Part shown: piece after piece, positions 31,808 to 40,439 of the stretch
Layout: every line of letters starts with the position of its first letter
Numbering within the stretch: position 1 is the first letter of the stretch
Source of the DNA: a virus
Direction: 5' to 3' (one strand)
Length of the DNA: 64,000 nucleotides
IMG/VR virus record: IMGVR_UViG_3300020214_000005
Coordinates: 1 to 64,000 of that record
The notes under the pieces: generated by a model
The model's input: only the letters and a program-made list of their open reading frames with translations
Databases searched by the model: none
What the model was told of the DNA's origin: nothing
Program-made: the position numbers and the translations under genes

Positions 31808-31977
31808 CCGTGATCAACGAGACCCACGTGATCAACGAGCTCTGCAGGGTCGCCAGGGAACGCTACGGCGACAACGCCGTCGAGGCCCTGGTCGGCGCGC
31901 TGGCGAGCGTCTGCACACCCGAGCAACTCGAGACGCTGCTGACCCGCTGGCGGGCGCGGGTGCAGGAACGCAAATGA
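31804..31977 (+). CDS. Small protein, paralog of N-terminal half of 39851-40285
   Basis: Own translation: NEL...YGDNAVEALVGALASV..EQLETLL. Confidence 0.7.
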   Translation: MTVINETHVINELCRVARERYGDNAVEALVGALASVCTPEQLETLLTRWRARVQERK

Positions 31978-32186
31978 CCCTCGACGTGGGGACGATGCGC
32001 GACGCCCTGATGGGCAGGAGGATCAGGCTCGTCGCCACCGACGACCCCTGGACGAGGCTCCGCTCCGGCGAGGAGGGCGTCGTCACGGCCGTGGACTGCA
32101 CGGGGACCGTGCACGTGCGCTGGGACTCGGGCGGGCACCTCGGGCTGGTCGAGGAGGCGGGCGACCGCTTCGTGGTCGTGGACTGA
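31974..32186 (+). CDS. DUF4314-like protein
   Basis: GRRIRLV..DDPW..L..GEEGVV..VD..GTVHVRWDSG..LGL. Confidence 0.75.
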   Translation: MTLDVGTMRDALMGRRIRLVATDDPWTRLRSGEEGVVTAVDCTGTVHVRWDSGGHLGLVEEAGDRFVVVD

Positions 32187-32196
32187 CGGGGACGCC

Positions 32197-32520
32197 ATGA
32201 AGAAAGCCGTGAAGATAACCACGCGCGGGCAGATCACGATCTTCGACCTGGGCCTGAACGAGCTCGAGCAGCTCCAACGGGCGGTCGGGGGCTACGTCCA
32301 GGCCGTGAACCTGAACGACGACGTCACGCTCTGGTGCAACGAGGAGGGCAAGATACACGGCCTCCCGCACAACGCCATGGCGCAGAGGCTCTGGGACAGG
32401 ACCTTCGGGGCGGACACGGACCACATCGTGGGCGACGTCGTGCTGACGGGCCTCGCCGACGACGGCGAGACGACGGGCCTGACCGACGAGCAGATGGACG
32501 CGTGGGTGGTCAGGCCGTGA
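32197..32520 (+). CDS. DUF3846-like protein
   Basis: LEQLQRAVGGYVQAV...CNEEGK..GLP.N...IVGDVVLTG. Confidence 0.8.
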   Translation: MKKAVKITTRGQITIFDLGLNELEQLQRAVGGYVQAVNLNDDVTLWCNEEGKIHGLPHNAMAQRLWDRTFGADTDHIVGDVVLTGLADDGETTGLTDEQMDAWVVRP

Positions 32521-32858
32521 GCACCTCGCTCGGTTACCTCGTGAACTCGCTCACCGGGGAATCGGTTCCGCTGGAGCGGTGCCTGGTGATCGTGGGCTCG
32601 GGCGCGGGCCGCCCGATCGTCTGCGACAAGACCAACGGCATCCACTACCAGACGGACCCCGCGTGGGTGTTCGTCGAGGGGGCGGACGACTCGGCGGCCG
32701 GGATGATGAACCACCCCTCGTTCCGACTGGAGATGAAGGGCAAGGCGGTGCGGAGCGGGCAGGACCTCGCCGTGCTGGCCAACCTCGGGAAGTGGAACAC
32801 CCTGCTCGAGACGATAGAGAAGATGTCAAGGACCGGAGGAACGAATGGAAGAGACTGA
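32517..32858 (+). CDS. Hypothetical protein
   Basis: GTGA overlap, coding bias. Confidence 0.65.
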   Translation: MSTSLGYLVNSLTGESVPLERCLVIVGSGAGRPIVCDKTNGIHYQTDPAWVFVEGADDSAAGMMNHPSFRLEMKGKAVRSGQDLAVLANLGKWNTLLETIEKMSRTGGTNGRD

Positions 32859-33120
32859 ACTGACGCGCGTGGAGGACCTGGTGGGCGCGCGCGAGATCGC
32901 CGAGAGGCTGAACTGCACCAGCAGCAAGACGGTGCACGGGTGGCACAAGCACCACGCGGACTTCCCGGTCCCGGTCAAGCAGCTGTCCATGGGCATCATC
33001 TGGGACTGGAGGGAGATCGAGCAGTGGCACGAGAGGTTCGAGCGCAGGAAGACCGCCAACTGGAGGACCACCGGGCGGACGAGCTACAAGGACGCGGGAG
33101 TCCCGGCGGTCGCCAGCTGA
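32845..33120 (+). CDS. AlpA/excisionase-like HTH protein
   Basis: DLVGAREIAERL...TVHGW....DFPVPV...IWDWREIEQW. Confidence 0.75.
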   Translation: MEETELTRVEDLVGAREIAERLNCTSSKTVHGWHKHHADFPVPVKQLSMGIIWDWREIEQWHERFERRKTANWRTTGRTSYKDAGVPAVAS

Positions 33121-33176
33121 TGGAGATCCTCACGTTCTTCACGTTCTGCGTCTTCGTGGTCTGGCTCTGGAGCTAG
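33120..33176 (+). CDS. 18-aa hydrophobic peptide, copy 1
   Basis: MEILTFFTFCVFVVWLWS; TGATG overlap; two paralogs. Confidence 0.7.
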   Translation: MEILTFFTFCVFVVWLWS

Positions 33177-33367
33177 AACAGCGACTCCTGCGATGCGACC
33201 ACCCTGCCGCTCTCGCAGCATATCCTGTGCGCGTAGATGAACCTCTCCTGGACCCCCATGGCGCCGCTCGTCTTGCCCACCGGGAGCCAGCACTCCACCC
33301 TGCGGGCCACCCCGGAGGCCTTCACGTCGGCGATTACGATGTCGCAAAAGAAGCACCTGTACTGCAC
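33173..33367 (-). CDS. Small Cys/His protein
   Basis: CFFC...HRIC. Confidence 0.5.
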   Translation of the reverse strand: MQYRCFFCDIVIADVKASGVARRVECWLPVGKTSGAMGVQERFIYAHRICCESGRVVASQESLF

Positions 33368-33393
33368 ACCGAGACTATAACGCGAGGTAGGAA

Positions 33394-33699
33394 ATGGAAG
33401 AGAAAATGACGCCCGAGGAGATCCTGCAGGACCTCGTCGCGCTCCTGCGCGAGAGCTACTGGCACGGGCCGGTGACGGGGGCGGAGGCGATGCGAGACAT
33501 ATGGTCGGAATTCGCCGACAACAGGGAGGGCTTCGAGGAGACGGCGCGCGACATGTCCGTCAGCGTCGACGACTTCCACCGGGCCGCGAACGTGCTGGCG
33601 GACTGGCTGAGGACCAACGGGATGATGGACAGGAGCCCGCTGGGGGCGTCGGCGGACATACGCAAGGAAAAGCTGAAATTCCCGGAACACAGCAAGTGA
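33394..33699 (+). CDS. Hypothetical protein
   Basis: 101 aa, RBS GAGGT. Confidence 0.7.
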   Translation: MEEKMTPEEILQDLVALLRESYWHGPVTGAEAMRDIWSEFADNREGFEETARDMSVSVDDFHRAANVLADWLRTNGMMDRSPLGASADIRKEKLKFPEHSK

Positions 33700-34216
33700 G
33701 CACCCCGGGCCCCGGGGCGTCGACGCGCCGTTCCTGAGTCCAGCCCGCCGCGGACGAAACCCGGGAAACGACGAAAAAGGCGAAAAAGGCGAAAAACGGG
33801 ACCGCGGAGCCGCGGGCCGAGAAGATCAAAAAGGCCGCCGACGGCCAGGACGCACCGTTCGCGCCGTTCCGGAGTCCAGCCCGTCGCGCCGACGCGCGGA
33901 AGCCCCACCAGACCTTCGCCGGAAGCCGTCTCGACACCGGTCGCGACGCACGCGCGACGAAACCAGCGAAGACGGGACCGGGGAGCGCCGCGTCCCCCGA
34001 AGACGGGACCGGGGAGCGCCGCGTCCCCGGGATGTCAGTCGACGTGCGAAAAACGCCCAGGTTACGATCGACTCGGCGCGCGCCGTTCCGGAGTCCAGCG
34101 GGAGTGCGCGGAAGAAAGAAACCGTCGGGACCGCGGAACGGGGCGCGCCGCGCGCGCTTGCCTTGGTATCCCGACGGTGGCGGAAGAGCCGGTGGCCGCC
34201 GGGGCGGCCCGGGGGG

Positions 34217-34642
34217 TCAGAGGTACTTCGCCACCGAGTTGTAGGTGCTCGCGCTCACCGTCTGATCGTCCGTGAGCCTGAGCACCCGGATCGCCTGCGA
34301 AATCTCCTCGACCTCCCGCCTGTACTCGTAATCTTGGTAGGTCTCGGGGGCTTCCGGCTCCTCCGGGAGCGACCCGGCGGGCAGCAACACGACCACGTTG
34401 AACCCGATCTTGTTCCCGCGCTCCTTCGACCTGTCGTAGTAGGCCAGCCTCGACGCCTCCCCGACCTCGACCTTGCCCGCCCTGACGAGCTTGACGACCG
34501 CGCGGTTGTACGCCTCGATCGCCTTGTCGTACTCGGCCTGTTCCCTTCCTCTGTTCTTGTAGCGGGCGTGCCGCTCGGCAAGACCCTTCTCGAGGTGAGA
34601 AATGAGAACGCTCGTTTTCACCTTTACCCTCACTGTGGACAT
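34217..34642 (-). CDS. Hypothetical protein
   Basis: GGGAGG RBS, own promoter. Confidence 0.75.
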   Translation of the reverse strand: MSTVRVKVKTSVLISHLEKGLAERHARYKNRGREQAEYDKAIEAYNRAVVKLVRAGKVEVGEASRLAYYDRSKERGNKIGFNVVVLLPAGSLPEEPEAPETYQDYEYRREVEEISQAIRVLRLTDDQTVSASTYNSVAKYL

Positions 34643-34667
34643 TGCTGCCTCCCTTTTCCTGCCAACC

Positions 34668-34722
34668 ACGCTACGGACGAACCTAGCACCTTACAACCCA
34701 CAAGGGTGTGATCCACGTCACG
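34668..34722 (-). promoter_or_regulatory. Promoter plus CRP-like box
   Basis: TTGTAA-17-TAGCGT; TGTGA-N6-TCACG at 34707-34722, 10 bp gap. Confidence 0.7.
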
Positions 34723-34868
34723 CGGCGGGCCGGGGGCGGCCGGGGCGGGTTGCGCGCGGGGCGCTCAGCTCCGGAGTCCAGCGCGTCGGGGCGCGGCGGC
34801 GACCGGGGGCGGGACCGCGGATTTGCCGCGGGACGGCACGGCCGTACGCCGGTGGCCGCCGGGGCGCG

Positions 34869-35096
34869 CTATTGCTCCGGGTCCCCCAGCGCGAACTGCT
34901 CGAGGGCCGCCATCGGGTTGAGGCCCTCGGTGAAGGCGAGTTGCTCCCAGTCGACCTGCGCGTCCCCGGGCGAGTACCCGCCCCCGCGGATCGAGTCGAG
35001 CATCCCCCGGTAATAGTGGATCGCCCGCTCCAACTCGTGGGCGAGGTCCTCCAGGTCCTCCTGTTGCTTCTCGGAGAGAGGGTTGTCGTTTTCCAT
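34869..35096 (-). CDS. Small acidic protein, leaderless
   Basis: TTGCAA-17-TAGCGT, ATG 7 nt later. Confidence 0.7.
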   Translation of the reverse strand: MENDNPLSEKQQEDLEDLAHELERAIHYYRGMLDSIRGGGYSPGDAQVDWEQLAFTEGLNPMAALEQFALGDPEQ

Positions 35097-35317
35097 GCCC
35101 CGAACGCTATCGCCACTTCTTGCGAGTTGCAACCAACAAGATGCGGCCCTCGGGTAGATCCGCGCCGCGCACGCGGCGGCGACCCGCGGCGCGCTCCGGA
35201 GTCCAGCGCGTCGCGCGCGTCCCCGCGGAGGGTTGCGGCGCCCGTCACGGGTCGTCGGGACCGCGGAACGAAACGCGCCGCGGGGGGCTTGCGGGTGCGA
35301 CGGTGGCGGATGGGCCG

Positions 35318-35815
35318 CTAGCCCATCGAGTGGACGATGTCCAGGATCCGCGACTCAATCGCGTCGCGGAGGTCGCCGCGACCGTCGGTCTCGACGAGCG
35401 GGTCGCCCGGGTCGTCGGCGAAACGCATCACGGAGGTCATCCGGTCCAGGCCCTCGATCACGATGCTCAGCCTGACCTTCCGCCTCCCGGGGTGGTCGGC
35501 CGGGGCGGTGTCGGGCAGGTCGCCAGGGGCGGCCCAGCCGTGGGACACCAGGACGAGGGCGCAGCCCGCGCGGACGGCCTGGGCGAAGTCGGGGTGCTCG
35601 ATCCCCGCGTATGGGTCGGGCGCGCAGCCGTCGTACGCGATGCCGCCCTCGAGTGCCCTGTACAAATGGAAGAAGCCGGACTGCCTGTCGGGCTCGACGC
35701 CGGCCTCGCGCATCTGGGCGAGGAGTGCCTCCTCGTGCGCGGGCTCGACCCTGGGCCTGACCACGTCGTGGATGATCGCCTCCACCGCGCGGGCGAAACT
35801 CGTGTCGCGCCCCAC
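35318..35815 (-). CDS. Hypothetical protein
   Basis: 165 aa, coding bias. Confidence 0.7.
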   Translation of the reverse strand: MGRDTSFARAVEAIIHDVVRPRVEPAHEEALLAQMREAGVEPDRQSGFFHLYRALEGGIAYDGCAPDPYAGIEHPDFAQAVRAGCALVLVSHGWAAPGDLPDTAPADHPGRRKVRLSIVIEGLDRMTSVMRFADDPGDPLVETDGRGDLRDAIESRILDIVHSMG

Positions 35816-35816
35816 C

Positions 35817-36224
35817 TCAGGCCCCCACGTGGTGCAGGCCCGCGAGCTCGTCGAAACGGGCGACGAGGTTGGGGACGTAGAGCCTGACGCGGCCCTGGTC
35901 GTGCCCCCACCAGGCGAAAACCTCCACGTTCGGGCCGTCGTGGCTGTCCCACGCGACCTCGCACCGCGGGCCCCCGCAGGTGCGCAGCACGATCACGGTG
36001 GCCCCGTGGTCGTAGCCCCTGACGTCCACCCTCACGGAGACGTCCAGGACGGTCTCATTCACCCACAGGGAGAACGGATCCTCGCCGTGGTCGACGAGGT
36101 CGTCCATCTCGAGGGACTTCAGCGCGTCGGCCGCCCCCTCGCCCCCGGACAGGGCCGCGTCCAGGGCGCGGACCTCGTCCGCGATGTGCTGGGCGTACTC
36201 CTGGGCCTCGTTCTGTTCGTTCAT
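35817..36224 (-). CDS. Hypothetical phage protein
   Basis: GGAGG RBS; LRTCGGP...AWWG motif. Confidence 0.75.
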   Translation of the reverse strand: MNEQNEAQEYAQHIADEVRALDAALSGGEGAADALKSLEMDDLVDHGEDPFSLWVNETVLDVSVRVDVRGYDHGATVIVLRTCGGPRCEVAWDSHDGPNVEVFAWWGHDQGRVRLYVPNLVARFDELAGLHHVGA

Positions 36225-36249
36225 AAACCCCTCCATTCCTAGGCCAGGA

Positions 36250-36343
36250 ACGCTACCCGGCCGCCTTGTTGGTTGCAACCGTTAAAGGTGTGAAAAACGT
36301 CACACACTTAAAGGTTGCAAGGGGCAAGGCGGGCTCGTAGCGT
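36250..36343. promoter_or_regulatory. Symmetric divergent promoters sharing a central CRP-like box
   Basis: TTGCAA-17-TAGCGT in both directions; TGTGA-AAAACG-TCACA at 36289-36304, 10 bp from each -35. Confidence 0.8.
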
Positions 36344-36349
36344 GGCGGT

Positions 36350-36622
36350 GTGCAAATCTCCACGATCACGGACAGCCTCTCCAGCAGGTACGCGGCGACC
36401 GACGAGGTCGCCGTGGCCTGGTGGGACAGGGAATGGTTCGAGCGGATGCTCGACCAGAAGCTCTCCGACGAGCAGTGGGACGCCGTGCTCCTGGCCGCCG
36501 AGAAGGTGCTGGAGTTCTCCAACCTGGGCGACTGGATGACGGACGCCGCGGCGGACACCATCTACGAGCTCGAACGGCGGCGGATGACCGACAAGAAACC
36601 AAGGAAGAAACGGAGCAAATAG
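36350..36622 (+). CDS. Hypothetical protein, leaderless
   Basis: GTG 6 nt after -10. Confidence 0.7.
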   Translation: MQISTITDSLSSRYAATDEVAVAWWDREWFERMLDQKLSDEQWDAVLLAAEKVLEFSNLGDWMTDAAADTIYELERRRMTDKKPRKKRSK

Positions 36623-36623
36623 A

Positions 36624-36887
36624 ATGACCAGGAAGCGCAAGACCACCTACTACGTGTACCACGCGGGAACGGACACGCTCATCGACGCCGCCGACGGAAC
36701 GTTCGTTTTCAGCGACGAGGACTTCAGCGACGAGGAGCGAGAGGCACTCGACGACAACCCGTACCTCGCCAAGGACGTGGGCGTGCGGCTCACGACGCTC
36801 ATCCGCGCCTACGAGAAGCTCTGCGCCGAGGAGGCCGCCCGGGCGAAGAGGACCAGGAAGAAGAACGGGAAGAAGGGGAGGAAATAA
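36624..36887 (+). CDS. Hypothetical protein
   Basis: Operon context. Confidence 0.7.
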   Translation: MTRKRKTTYYVYHAGTDTLIDAADGTFVFSDEDFSDEEREALDDNPYLAKDVGVRLTTLIRAYEKLCAEEAARAKRTRKKNGKKGRK

Positions 36888-37435
36888 TGGGACTCGACCA
36901 ATACCTCTACGCGAGGAAGCACATCTCCGGGTACGAGTTCTACGGCGAGAAGGCCAGGGCGGAGTTCGCCGCGGTGAAGGAGGCGGCCGGGATGTCCGCG
37001 GTGAAGGCCGACGGCGGGATCGGCGTCGGCCTCAACGGCAGCGTCTCGTTGTGCGTGGCGTACTGGCGCAAGGCCAACGCCATCCACGGATGGTTCGTCA
37101 GGGAGTTCGCCCGGGACGGCGTGGACGACTGCCGCGAGATGTGGATCCCCCGCGAGGGGCTCGTCTCGCTGCGCCACGTCTGCGAGGAACTGCTCGCCGA
37201 CAGGGACCCGCAGAAGGCCGCGCAACTGCTGCCGCCCACGGACGGGTTCTTCTTCGGGTCGTACGAGATCGACGACTGGTACTGGGGCGACCTCTCGCAC
37301 ACCGTGTCGCAGATGAACTCGGTCCTGAACGACTGGTTCTCGGCCGGCCGCAAGCCCGCGGGCCTCAGGATCGAGGCCGAGGAGACGACCGCCCCCCTGG
37401 GCGACATCGACTTCTACTACCAGGCGAGCTGGTGA
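36887..37435 (+). CDS. Conserved phage protein
   Basis: MGLDQYL...YWRKANAIHGWF...LLP..DGFFFGS...YYQASW. Confidence 0.8.
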   Translation: MGLDQYLYARKHISGYEFYGEKARAEFAAVKEAAGMSAVKADGGIGVGLNGSVSLCVAYWRKANAIHGWFVREFARDGVDDCREMWIPREGLVSLRHVCEELLADRDPQKAAQLLPPTDGFFFGSYEIDDWYWGDLSHTVSQMNSVLNDWFSAGRKPAGLRIEAEETTAPLGDIDFYYQASW

Positions 37436-37439
37436 CGCG

Positions 37440-37706
37440 ATGGGACGCATCTCGACCGAGGGAATGATCGAGGCCGGCGACGAGCTCGGCCTGCCCAGGC
37501 GGCAGCAGCTGCTCTGGCACCTGTCGTCCAACCACTACCCCCCGGTCCACCCCAGCTTCGCGGGGACCGCGGAGGAGGCGATACGCCTCGCCGATCTCGG
37601 CGAGTGGGACGCCGAGGTGACGATGCCCAACGGCCTCGTGCGCACCGCGGCGTTCATAGTCGAGGGCCTCCACCTGAAGCCCTTCCTGGCCGGGGAGGAG
37701 GACTAG
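37440..37706 (+). CDS. Hypothetical protein
   Basis: WHLSSNHYPPV motif, operon context. Confidence 0.7.
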   Translation: MGRISTEGMIEAGDELGLPRRQQLLWHLSSNHYPPVHPSFAGTAEEAIRLADLGEWDAEVTMPNGLVRTAAFIVEGLHLKPFLAGEED

Positions 37707-37722
37707 CCGTGAGCCGGGGGCG

Positions 37723-37899
37723 TCAGAACCCCTTGGTCCGGTTCCTCCTCGCGTAGACGAAGTTGTGCAGCGAGCAGCACGGGTTGCGGTTGTACGAGTT
37801 CAGGACCACGTCGCAACCGGGCTCGGCGCACGTCCTGGGGCCGTCGCCGTACTTCCTCCTGTGCCTCCAGTCGCGGTGGTACTTCGCATCGTGTCCCAT
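37723..37899 (-). CDS. Small Cys/His Zn-binding protein (58 aa)
   Basis: Own translation: RTCAEPGCDVVLNSYNRNPCCSLH. Confidence 0.6.
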   Translation of the reverse strand: MGHDAKYHRDWRHRRKYGDGPRTCAEPGCDVVLNSYNRNPCCSLHNFVYARRNRTKGF

Positions 37900-37974
37900 C
37901 AGGCACCCATCCTAGCGGGAAGACGCGCCCGCGCGCCGTTCCGGAGTCCAGCGCGCCGCGGTAGGATGGTGGTC

Positions 37975-38048
37975 GCCGGCGTAGCCCAACCGGGAGAGGC
38001 GCGAGACTTAAAATCTCGAGAGTGAGAGTTCGAACCTCTCCGCCGGCA
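37975..38048 (+). tRNA. tRNA-Leu(UAA), short variable arm
   Basis: GCCGGCG/CGCCGGC acceptor stem; CGAGA-CTTAAAA-TCTCG anticodon arm; GTTCGAAC T loop. Confidence 0.9.
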
Positions 38049-38197
38049 CGACGCGCGCCGTTCCCGAGTCCAGCGCGCCGGGCCGCCGACGGCGGCCGGC
38101 CGCTCGGGACCGCGGAGCGGGACGACGGGGAACGGGACCGCGGAGCCCGCCGCGGGAGCCCCGGGGGGCTCCGTATCCGACGGTGGCGGATGACCCG

Positions 38198-38425
38198 TCA
38201 CCAATGGCGCCAGGTCCTCCCCCATCTCGGGGACGTCGAGCGCAGGTAGTCGGCCGCCCCGGGCAGCCTGCCGCCGATCACCTCGGGCAGGACCACGTGC
38301 ACGAGCAGGTCCACCACCCTCACGAACCTGCACGGGGAACCGAAGCGCGTCCTGCTCACGGGGAGCAGCTCGTGGCCCCGGGCCAGCAGCAGGCGCGTGC
38401 TGACGCGGACGAAGATCCCGATCAC
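38198..38425 (-). CDS. Small protein, paralog of 421-663
   Basis: RFGSPCRFVRV and YLRSTSPRWGR shared. Confidence 0.8.
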   Translation of the reverse strand: MIGIFVRVSTRLLLARGHELLPVSRTRFGSPCRFVRVVDLLVHVVLPEVIGGRLPGAADYLRSTSPRWGRTWRHW

Positions 38426-38464
38426 GCCCCCGCCGATCGCATCCGTTGGTTGTCCATCCCCCGA

Positions 38465-38558
38465 ACGCTACCTGGCCGCCTTGTTGGTTGCAACCCACAA
38501 GGCTGTGAAGAATGTCACACACTTAAAGGTTGCAAGAGGCAAGGTGGGATCGTAGCGT
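38465..38558. promoter_or_regulatory. Second copy of the symmetric divergent promoter with CRP-like box
   Basis: TGTGA-AGAATG-TCACA at 38504-38519; near-duplicate of 36250-36343. Confidence 0.8.
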
Positions 38559-38565
38559 GGTGGCC

Positions 38566-38805
38566 ATGGAAACAAAGTACCCAGACATAAACATCCCGAT
38601 GGTCGGCGAGGACGGCAACGCCTTCTCGATCCTCGGCCGCATCAGGCGCATCATGCGACGCGCCAACCTGCCCGACTCCGAGTGGGAGGCGTTCCGCGCC
38701 GAGGCGACCTCGGGCGACTACGACAACCTGCTCGCGACCGTCATGCGATGGTTCGAGGTGGATCGCGACCTGGACGACGACCACGAAGACGAGGACTACG
38801 AATGA
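38566..38805 (+). CDS. Conserved small phage protein, leaderless
   Basis: GEDGNAFSILG...EATSGDYDNLL. Confidence 0.8.
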   Translation: METKYPDINIPMVGEDGNAFSILGRIRRIMRRANLPDSEWEAFRAEATSGDYDNLLATVMRWFEVDRDLDDDHEDEDYE

Positions 38806-39200
38806 GCACGAAGCTCCAGGCCGACTACGAGAAGCACGACGCCTACGACCTGGACGAGGGCTGGGCGGCGACCCGCGAGCACGCGGAGAACGCGATCCTC
38901 ATCGCGTTCGACGGCTGCCACAAGATCTACCTCGCCATGGACGAGGCCCAGGCGAGGTGGTTCCGGGACAACTACAACGGCCGGGGCTGCGACGACCGCA
39001 CCTTCGCCGGCTCGCCCGACCAGATGTTCGACCAGCTCACCGAGTGGTACGAGGATTCCTGCTCGCTGCGGTTCATCCAGGCGGTCTGGAAGAACGAGGA
39101 CGACCCGAACGCGGGCTTCGTTTCGCTCATCGACCAGGGCGCGGGCGACCCGAGGGACGAGTACGAGGACGACGAGGACGACGAGGACTACGATGGCTGA
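38802..39200 (+). CDS. Hypothetical protein
   Basis: ATGA overlap; AFDGCHKIY...WYEDSCSLRFI. Confidence 0.75.
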   Translation: MSTKLQADYEKHDAYDLDEGWAATREHAENAILIAFDGCHKIYLAMDEAQARWFRDNYNGRGCDDRTFAGSPDQMFDQLTEWYEDSCSLRFIQAVWKNEDDPNAGFVSLIDQGAGDPRDEYEDDEDDEDYDG

Positions 39201-39456
39201 CCCGGTGCTGTACCACGGCACGCCCGTGGCGTTCCCGAGCCGCACGCGCAAGGTTCACCCCACGCCGACGACGCAGGACACGGGCGGCTACCCGCCGGGT
39301 TGGCGCATCGCGCACGCGACCAGCGACATGGCCGAGGCGCGGCGATACGGCGCGGTCGTCTACGAGGTCGCATTCGACGAGCACACGCAAGAGGGGTACG
39401 GCGACACCTGCTACTTCAGCGAGCGCGGGTTCCGCATCGTCAGGCGGGTGTCCTAG
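39193..39456 (+). CDS. Small protein, possible ADP-ribosyltransferase fold
   Basis: LYHGT...HATSD..EARRYG..VYEV. Confidence 0.45.
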   Translation: MADPVLYHGTPVAFPSRTRKVHPTPTTQDTGGYPPGWRIAHATSDMAEARRYGAVVYEVAFDEHTQEGYGDTCYFSERGFRIVRRVS

Positions 39457-39849
39457 GTGGGCACCCCGACCCGCGAGGAGTTCCGGGCGTTCCGCGCCCA
39501 GCGCCCCGACGCCATGGGCGTGCACGACGACATGAGGACGGAGTACGGCCCGGTGGGCCCGCTCCTCCCGGCCGTCCACGGCGCCGACGGGAGGCCGACC
39601 AAGGAGACCATCGAGGCGTACGAGAAGCTGAGGGGGGTCTGCGCGAGCCGCTCGGCGGTCGGATCGGTCTGGACCGTGTACGAGGAGACCGCGGATTCCG
39701 CGGTCACCCGGAGGGACCGCGTCTATGCGCGCAACAAGCTCGAGCTGAACAGCCACAGCGACAGGATAAAGGTCCTCGGATGGGTCGTCACCGCCAAGGC
39801 ATCGGGCCCGGTGTACCAGGTCTACCTCCTCGACAGGGACGAGCTCTGA
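39457..39849 (+). CDS. Hypothetical protein
   Basis: Operon context. Confidence 0.65.
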   Translation: MGTPTREEFRAFRAQRPDAMGVHDDMRTEYGPVGPLLPAVHGADGRPTKETIEAYEKLRGVCASRSAVGSVWTVYEETADSAVTRRDRVYARNKLELNSHSDRIKVLGWVVTAKASGPVYQVYLLDRDEL

Positions 39850-39850
39850 C

Positions 39851-40285
39851 ATGACCGACTCCGACATGATCGACGCCGGGAGGGAGAACGAACTCGCGTC
39901 CCTGGTGCGGACCGTCCACGGCGAGAACGCCGTGGAGTACCTCGTCGGCGCCCTCGCGTCGGTGACGACGGGGCCCCAGCTCGACCACCTGCTCCGCCAC
40001 CTGGCCGGGGCGATGACGCGGCCCCTCGCGCCGGCCGAGGCCGAGCGCCTGATCAGGGCGATATTCGACGGGGACCTCGTCGCGGACGACGGGGCGGCGA
40101 CGACCGACTACCGGATCCGCGTCGCGTTCACCGCGAGCCGCCCGCTCACCAAGCACGAGATCGACTCCCTCAGGGACTCCATCGCCACCCGGGTCGGGGA
40201 CCCGAGGTCCTGGCGACGACAGGAGCGCGGGACGTACGCCGAACCAGGGTTCGGCGTGAGCGACGTCGCCGTGGACGTGCGATGA
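39851..40285 (+). CDS. Two-domain hypothetical protein
   Basis: Halves resemble the 31804 and 40440 proteins. Confidence 0.7.
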   Translation: MTDSDMIDAGRENELASLVRTVHGENAVEYLVGALASVTTGPQLDHLLRHLAGAMTRPLAPAEAERLIRAIFDGDLVADDGAATTDYRIRVAFTASRPLTKHEIDSLRDSIATRVGDPRSWRRQERGTYAEPGFGVSDVAVDVR

Positions 40286-40377
40286 GCAGGGTGACCGACG
40301 CGCTCGCCCGCCTGTGGGGGATCGTGACGACCGTCACCGAGTGGGTGCTGTCGCTGGTCTGGGAGGGGATCTTCTGA
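40282..40377 (+). CDS. 31-aa Trp-rich peptide
   Basis: ATGA overlap; MSRVTDALARLWGIVTTVTEWVLSLVWEGIF. Confidence 0.5.
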   Translation: MSRVTDALARLWGIVTTVTEWVLSLVWEGIF

Positions 40378-40404
40378 CGACGGTGGCGGATGTGCCCTTA
40401 GGGG

Positions 40405-40433
40405 TTGCAACCGGCCAGGTCGGCCGATAGGAT
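40405..40433 (+). promoter_or_regulatory. Promoter
   Basis: TTGCAA-17-TAGGAT. Confidence 0.65.
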
Positions 40434-40439
40434 GTTCCA

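Noticed and set aside
37703-37906. Track ORF 37703-37906
   Set aside because: A different frame (37723-37899) gives a coherent Cys/His protein
37975-38048. Short variable arm of tRNA-Leu as a novelty
   Set aside because: Short-arm Leu(UAA/CAA) tRNAs already occur in Actinobacteria
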